From Patescibacteria group bacterium (GTDB lineage: Bacteria > Patescibacteriota > Patescibacteriia > UBA9934), in NCBI GenBank assembly GCA_038064675.1, contig JBBTSM010000002.1:6507-70506 (forward strand): a stretch of DNA of 64,000 nt. Reading direction: 5' to 3'. The position numbers were made by a program, and so were the translations under genes. Of the stretch, positions 58,610-64,000 are shown piece after piece. Position 1 is the stretch's first letter; each line of letters opens with the position of its first letter. The notes below the pieces were generated by a model. It saw only the letters and a list, made by a program, of their open reading frames with translations. It searched no databases and was not told the DNA's origin.

Positions 58610-60643
58610 ATGAACATCTCTGAACTTGCCCGCCGGTTGCGGGTTTCTACTGAAGAATTGCGTTCCAAGCTGCCGGAGCTTGGTTTCGATATTGGTGGCA
58701 AGGCCATCAAAATTCCAGATCGCGACGCTGGCCGCATCATGAATGCATGGCAAGACTACAAAAAGCGCCAATACCTCCAGCAAAAAATGGAGAACCAGAA
58801 GGCACAGATGCTTCTCAAGGAGAAGGTAAAGTCTGGCGACGCGCCAAAGGTAAAGATCCCACCAACGCTTTCCGTGCGTGAATTTGCGGTTGCACTGAAC
58901 ATGCCGGTGGCGAAAGTCATGCAGGAACTCATGAAGGCCGGTATTTTGGCCAGCTTGAACGAACGTATTGACTACGAAACGGCGTCGATCGTGTCTGAGG
59001 ATCTTGGGTTCATCACCGAACCGATGGAATCAGCCGACGAGTCTGTTGATGCTCACGCGGCGGATCGTATGGCCGAGGTGAAGGAAGAGGAATCGCATCA
59101 TACGGAAAATCTTGTTGCTCGTCCGCCGGTTATTGTTGTTATGGGACACGTGGACCACGGTAAGACGCTTATTTTGGACACTATTCGAAAGACTCGCGTT
59201 ATCGACACGGAAGCTGGAGGAATTACGCAGCACATCGGTGCATATCAGGTGGAAAAGAACGGAAAGATGCTTACGTTTATTGATACTCCTGGCCACGAGG
59301 CGTTTACCGTGATGCGTTCGCGTGGTGCGAAGGTTGCGGACGTGGCGATTCTCGTTATTGCTGCAGACGACGGCATGCGCCCGCAGACTCGCGAGGCGAT
59401 CGACATCATTAAGGCTGCAAAACTCCCGTTTGTTGTTGCGATTAACAAGATGGATAAGCCGGGCGCAAACATCGAGCTTGTGAAGAGCCAGCTTGGTGAA
59501 CTTGGATTAACGCCAGAAGACTGGGGAGGGAAGACGATTTGTGTGCCGGTGTCTGCAAAGACTGGCGCAAACATCGATCAACTCCTCGATATGGTGTTGT
59601 TGGTTGCTGATCTTGAGAAAGAACACATCGTCGCAAATCCAAACCGCCACGCCGTTGGAACAATTATTGAATCGCACGTGGACAAGGGCCAGGGCCCTGT
59701 TGCGACGATCATCGTCCAAACCGGAACATTGCACGCCTCGGATATTCTTTCTGTGCAGGGCGTGAACTACGGTAAGGTTCGGGCAATGAAGTCGTTTGAC
59801 GGTAAAGCGATTAAAGAAGCGCCTCCTTCAACGCCGGTGATGATTCTTGGCTTTAAGGAAGCGCCTTCCGTTGGGGATATTTTGGAAGTTCCGGAAAACG
59901 CCGACGAATTGCAGACCATCAAGTCGCAGGCCACAAAGAAGAGTGCTGTTGGACAGATGACGGTAAAGACGACTAATCAAACAGAAGAGGAAGTGGAAGA
60001 GGACGGCAGCAAGGCGGTGCTTAATGTGTTCGTGAAGGCCGACATGCTTGGATCGCTCGAGGCAATTATCGGTATGTTGGAAAAGATCGACAACCCATAT
60101 GTTGGTTTGACGATTGTGGGAAAAGGTCTCGGAAACGTGACCGATGCAGAAGTTTTGCGTGCAGAGGCTGCGAACGCCGTGGTGCTTGCGTTCAATGTGA
60201 AGCCAACGCCGGCCGCGCACGAACTCGCTCGTGATAAGCATATCGCCGTCGAAGAATATTCGGTTATTTATAAGCTCTTCGAAAATACGGTCGAGCGACT
60301 GAAGAAGCTCATTCCTTCTGAAAAGATCCATACTGAAGTTGGTGTTGCCGAAGTGCTCGCGCTCTTCAAGAAGACTGACAAGGGCCATATCGTTGGCGCA
60401 AAGGTGAAGAAGGGCAAGCTTATTCCAGGTGCCATCGTTCGCGTGCTCCGCGAAGGAAAGATTGTGGGAGAGGGAAAGATTGAAGCGCTTCAGAGTGGGA
60501 AATCTGCAGTAAAGGATGTGCTTGCGGGCCAAGACTGTGGATTAAGTTTTGTGGGCAAGACAAAAATTGAAATCGGCGATATCCTTGAGGCCTACACCGA
60601 AGAGCTTCATGCCCGTACATTGAGTGTAGAGGGTGCAAAGTAG
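58610..60643 (+). CDS. infB: translation initiation factor IF-2
   Basis: It has a GTPase with G1 GHVDHGKTL, DTPGH and NKMD. Confidence 0.9.
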   Translation: MNISELARRLRVSTEELRSKLPELGFDIGGKAIKIPDRDAGRIMNAWQDYKKRQYLQQKMENQKAQMLLKEKVKSGDAPKVKIPPTLSVREFAVALNMPVAKVMQELMKAGILASLNERIDYETASIVSEDLGFITEPMESADESVDAHAADRMAEVKEEESHHTENLVARPPVIVVMGHVDHGKTLILDTIRKTRVIDTEAGGITQHIGAYQVEKNGKMLTFIDTPGHEAFTVMRSRGAKVADVAILVIAADDGMRPQTREAIDIIKAAKLPFVVAINKMDKPGANIELVKSQLGELGLTPEDWGGKTICVPVSAKTGANIDQLLDMVLLVADLEKEHIVANPNRHAVGTIIESHVDKGQGPVATIIVQTGTLHASDILSVQGVNYGKVRAMKSFDGKAIKEAPPSTPVMILGFKEAPSVGDILEVPENADELQTIKSQATKKSAVGQMTVKTTNQTEEEVEEDGSKAVLNVFVKADMLGSLEAIIGMLEKIDNPYVGLTIVGKGLGNVTDAEVLRAEAANAVVLAFNVKPTPAAHELARDKHIAVEEYSVIYKLFENTVERLKKLIPSEKIHTEVGVAEVLALFKKTDKGHIVGAKVKKGKLIPGAIVRVLREGKIVGEGKIEALQSGKSAVKDVLAGQDCGLSFVGKTKIEIGDILEAYTEELHARTLSVEGAK

Positions 60644-60661
60644 TCATCGATAATTTTTTCT

Positions 60662-60973
60662 ATGCAAGAACTCAATTCATCGAACTTTGATGCAGTGGTG
60701 TTGCAGTCGTCGTCACCGGTGCTGATTGATTTCTGGGCGCCGTGGTGCGGTCCATGCAAGATGATGGCTCCAACGATTGAGGTATACGGCAATGAGCATC
60801 CAGAAATTCTCGTCGTTAAGGTGAATGTGGACGACGCACCAGACTTGGCACAGCGCTACAATGTGCTCTCCATCCCAACATTCATGGTGATGAAGGGTGG
60901 GGCAGTGGTTGAGCAGTTTGCCGGAGCAATGACGAAAGACGTTCTCGCAGAACGCGTTGCACGACATCTCTAG
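60662..60973 (+). CDS. trxA: thioredoxin
   Basis: It has the active site WCGPC. Confidence 0.85.
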   Translation: MQELNSSNFDAVVLQSSSPVLIDFWAPWCGPCKMMAPTIEVYGNEHPEILVVKVNVDDAPDLAQRYNVLSIPTFMVMKGGAVVEQFAGAMTKDVLAERVARHL

Positions 60974-61064
60974 GAAGTAAAAGTGAGGGCAGAGGGCAAT
61001 GAGCAAGGGAATTTCCATTGCCTCTGTCCTTCGCCCTCATTTTTCTGTTAAAATTTCCCCAACT

Positions 61065-61988
61065 ATGGAAACCCAAAACGTCGTGATTATCGGTTCTGGT
61101 CCTGCGGGCTACACTGCAGCAATTTATGCGGCACGCGCCAATCTTTCGCCAACGATGATCGCGGGTTTACAGCCTGGTGGACAGCTCACGCTTACATCCG
61201 ACGTGGAGAATTGGCCAGGCGAGGCTGACGGCGTTCTTGGGCCGGAACTGATGGAGAAGCTCAAGAAGCAGGCACTTCGTTTTGGTACCGAATTCATCGA
61301 CGATGTGGTAACTGAAGTCGTCGGAACTTCATCACCGTTTACGATCAAAACTGCAACGCGATCGATTCAATCGAAAGCCGTCATCATCGCGACCGGTGCG
61401 TCGGCGATGTGGCTTGGTGTTCCTGGGGAAGAACGATTGCAGGGTAAGGGTGTTTCCGCGTGCGCAACGTGCGATGGATTTTTCTTCCGCGGAAAAGAAA
61501 TCGTTGTGGTTGGCGGGGGAGACACGGCGATGGAAGAAGCGACGTTCTTGACTCGCTTCGCAAACAAGGTGACTATCGTTCACCGTCGCGAAGAGTTCCG
61601 TGCATCAAAAATCATGATCGATAAGGCCAAGAATAACCCAAAAATCGAGCTCGTGATGAACACGACAATTGAAGAAATTCTCGGCGACGATCACGTGACG
61701 AGCCTTCGAACACGAAATGTCGTCAGCGGCGAAGTTGGCGAGATCGTATGTGATGGAATCTTTATGGCCATCGGTCACAAGCCGAATACCGCAATCTTTA
61801 AAGGCCTCATCGATCTCGATGAAAAGGGTTATATCGTCACGAATCCTCGATCAACGGCGACGAATATTCCCGGAATTTTTGCTTGCGGCGACGTCGCGGA
61901 CCACGTCTATCGCCAGGCTGTTACCGCCGCCGGAACCGGATGCATGGCCGCGCTTGATGCTGAGCGATGGATTGAATCTCAGGAGTAA
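61065..61988 (+). CDS. trxB: thioredoxin-disulfide reductase
   Basis: FAD GSGPAGYTAA is present. The redox CATC is present. NADPH GGGDTAME is present. Confidence 0.85.
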   Translation: METQNVVIIGSGPAGYTAAIYAARANLSPTMIAGLQPGGQLTLTSDVENWPGEADGVLGPELMEKLKKQALRFGTEFIDDVVTEVVGTSSPFTIKTATRSIQSKAVIIATGASAMWLGVPGEERLQGKGVSACATCDGFFFRGKEIVVVGGGDTAMEEATFLTRFANKVTIVHRREEFRASKIMIDKAKNNPKIELVMNTTIEEILGDDHVTSLRTRNVVSGEVGEIVCDGIFMAIGHKPNTAIFKGLIDLDEKGYIVTNPRSTATNIPGIFACGDVADHVYRQAVTAAGTGCMAALDAERWIESQE

Positions 61989-62761
61989 TCCTGGACGTTT
62001 TTCAGATTTTCGAGTATATTCTTACCGCTGTCCGCTTCGGTTGATCTCCCGGTATTCCAATTCCGTCCGTATTGGTTCGCTGAATGGAGCTTCGAAAGCG
62101 GACACCCTCCTCCTGACGACGAACGACCCGCACCCGTTCCGGCCGTCGTCGTGCACGAGCGCATTGCATTGTCGTAGTCTCGCGACGCCGATGACGCAGT
62201 GTGTCCCTATGGCGGGAGAGGCGCTATTGCTGGTGTGCCGATCAGAATTTCGTGCACCCCTTTGACGCCTTTCCCGTCATTCCCTTCCTTGAGTTCAGCG
62301 TTTCCACAATGATCGGAGCTCTTCCGCCTCAGATTGCTGAGCTACCGGATCACGGAAATGTTGGACTCACCCCTTATCCCTTGCGTTCAAGTTTTCTATT
62401 GAACATCGTTGCAACCTCAACCTCAAGTTGTTGTCAGCCCTGCACACTGAATGCAGCGTTTTTCGCAGAGATCGTGAACGTAGGGGGTTTCTTCCACTCG
62501 GCTGACGTCGAGTACACGCTTTGTTGAGCTTCGTGATGATGGTGCTGAGGGTCTCCGCATGTCCTTGGTTCCTCCGGATCTCGAAGTTCAACAAACTCTG
62601 CCCAGCGATGGGCACACGGTTCGGCCACTCCGGGGGTTCGCCTCGTTTGAGTGCTGGATAGTTCGGCGCGTTCTGTTGGTTCATCGCCTGGAGACTGATG
62701 GATTGATGGAACGCGCCGTTTTCGTTTTTTTGACACGTCCATTTCTGATATCATTCTCCAT

Positions 62762-64000
62762 ATGTCTGATGTCGGAGAACAAGTTTTCGAGAAAAACTAC
62801 ACCACCACACAACTCCTTCGAGATGTGTGGCATTTTCTTTCGCCGTATAAAGGCAAAGTGATTTTTGCGACGATTGCGCGATTGCTTGGCGACTTGGCAT
62901 GGCTGTATCCGGCGTGGGCGCTTGCGTTAACTATCGCATTCTGTGCAGGTTGGAAATCTGGTGATTCGTTGGGTCCAATTTGGATGATTTTTGGCTTATG
63001 GATTCTTGCCACTGTTACTCGATTGGTCGGTCAGTTTTGCGCAAGAATTTTCGGTTTTGCGGCCGGAGAGCGTGCCGCCCTTGATGCGCAGGCGCAATTT
63101 ATTAAACAGCTTTTCGCGCTCGACATGTCGTGGCACGAGCGCGAGAACGCTGGGAATAAAATGAAGCGCATTGAGCGGGGGAGCGATGCGATTGATCGGC
63201 TTTTACGTATTTGGATTAATAGCGCTATTGAAGTCGGCGTAAACCTTATTGGAACTGTCGTGATCATTGCGTTTGTTGATAGGACGATTGGGGTGATTAC
63301 TGGAATCTTTATTGGTGTATATAGCGTAATGTCGTGGTATTTGCTGAAGAAGGCTCGTGCTGCTGCGCAACAGGTGAACGCAAAAGAAGAAGAGTTGAGT
63401 GGAGCAATGTTTGAAGGCGCGAATAACATTCGCACGGTAAAGGTTCTTGGGATGTCGTCGTCGATCACGACGAAAATTCATCGAATCACCGCGGAAGTTT
63501 TTGATCGTGTGAAACATCGAATCTTCCGTTTTCAGACGCGGACGATTGTGTTGGGATCATGGTCCAATGGATTCAAGCTTGCGGTACTTCTCGCGATCGT
63601 ATTTGGGATTACTCGCGGATACTACGGCGTGAGTTTTTTAATTGTGTTTAACATGTACTTTGGTCGGGTGAACGAATCCGTTTCCGAGCTTTCGGATAAC
63701 GTTCAGGACTTTATTCTCGCGAAGCTCGCCATAGCGCGGATGCAGGAGGTGCTCAACGTGCCATCGTTTCCGGATGGTGAGCATGCAACACGAGCATTTC
63801 CTGCAAACTGGCAAACAATTTCCGTTCGCAATCTCTCGTTCTCTTATGGCGGGGATGAAGTACTTCATAATGTTTCGTTTGATCTTCGCCGTGGCGAGCG
63901 TATTGGTTTGGTTGGATTATCCGGAGCAGGGAAATCGACGCTCTTCAAGCTGTTGCTGAAGGAAAACGAAAATTATACGGGCGAGATTTTGGTGGACGAC
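62762..64000 (+). CDS. ABC transporter permease/ATP-binding fusion (exporter type), 3' end outside window
   Basis: It has a six-TM exporter domain. The NBD starts with Walker A GLSGAGKST at the window edge. Confidence 0.7.
   Translation, partial: MSDVGEQVFEKNYTTTQLLRDVWHFLSPYKGKVIFATIARLLGDLAWLYPAWALALTIAFCAGWKSGDSLGPIWMIFGLWILATVTRLVGQFCARIFGFAAGERAALDAQAQFIKQLFALDMSWHERENAGNKMKRIERGSDAIDRLLRIWINSAIEVGVNLIGTVVIIAFVDRTIGVITGIFIGVYSVMSWYLLKKARAAAQQVNAKEEELSGAMFEGANNIRTVKVLGMSSSITTKIHRITAEVFDRVKHRIFRFQTRTIVLGSWSNGFKLAVLLAIVFGITRGYYGVSFLIVFNMYFGRVNESVSELSDNVQDFILAKLAIARMQEVLNVPSFPDGEHATRAFPANWQTISVRNLSFSYGGDEVLHNVSFDLRRGERIGLVGLSGAGKSTLFKLLLKENENYTGEILVDD

Noticed and set aside
62000-62760. RNase P RNA or tmRNA in the trxB-ABC spacer
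   Set aside because: Only a partial CCATAGGG match was seen. There is no AGTCCGGGC P4 strand. There is no tRNA-like 3' end (TTCGAATCC...CCA). The region is listed only as an unexplained spacer.
1-64000. CRISPR arrays and rRNA genes
   Set aside because: No regularly spaced direct repeats with unique spacers were seen. No 16S/23S/5S signature stretches were seen anywhere in the window.

Overview
The window is a bacterial chromosomal segment with a base composition of roughly 50% GC. Genes are compact and most are assignable from conserved motifs.

Housekeeping content:
- A suf Fe-S cluster operon (SufB/D partial, SufS, SufU, SufC), followed by clpP with a CIRCE-like operator.
- A copper locus: a small Cys/His/Met-rich secreted protein, an HMA-membrane-cupredoxin fusion protein, and a CopA P-type ATPase.
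- tsaD-tsaE and rsmE.
- pilB/gspE, ftsH and rpsA.
- gyrA.
- rpmF-nusB-rnc.
- tRNA-Arg and tRNA-Lys, then hup, rny, truB and adk.
- infB, trxA-trxB, and the start of an ABC exporter.

The gene set (RRM protein, TrmB-like regulator, tiny membrane ORFs) is compatible with a reduced-genome Patescibacteria-like organism. That is inference, not proof.

Accessory content:
1. An integrative island of about 11.6 kb sits directly after tRNA-Glu(UUC). It carries two large serine recombinases, and the first one overlaps the 3' half of the tRNA gene. It also carries iteron-like repeats, hypothetical genes, and a co-oriented pair made of a 2-TM protein and a PD-(D/E)xK-like nuclease. That pair looks like an undescribed defence candidate.
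2. Several GC-rich patches (about 60-65% GC) all encode minus-strand genes. They end in a shared family of GC hairpin terminators with an ACGCA loop.
3. The most striking patch lies between adk and infB. It holds four tandem 'promoter - small Cys-motif ORF - hairpin' cassettes and a perfect 63-bp direct repeat.
4. A 1.4-kb GC-rich insert carries a sigma-70 region-4/HhH protein. It is bracketed by the live rsmE 3' end and a diverged duplicate of that 3' end. This is the signature of site-specific integration into the rsmE terminus.

No rRNA genes and no CRISPR array were found.
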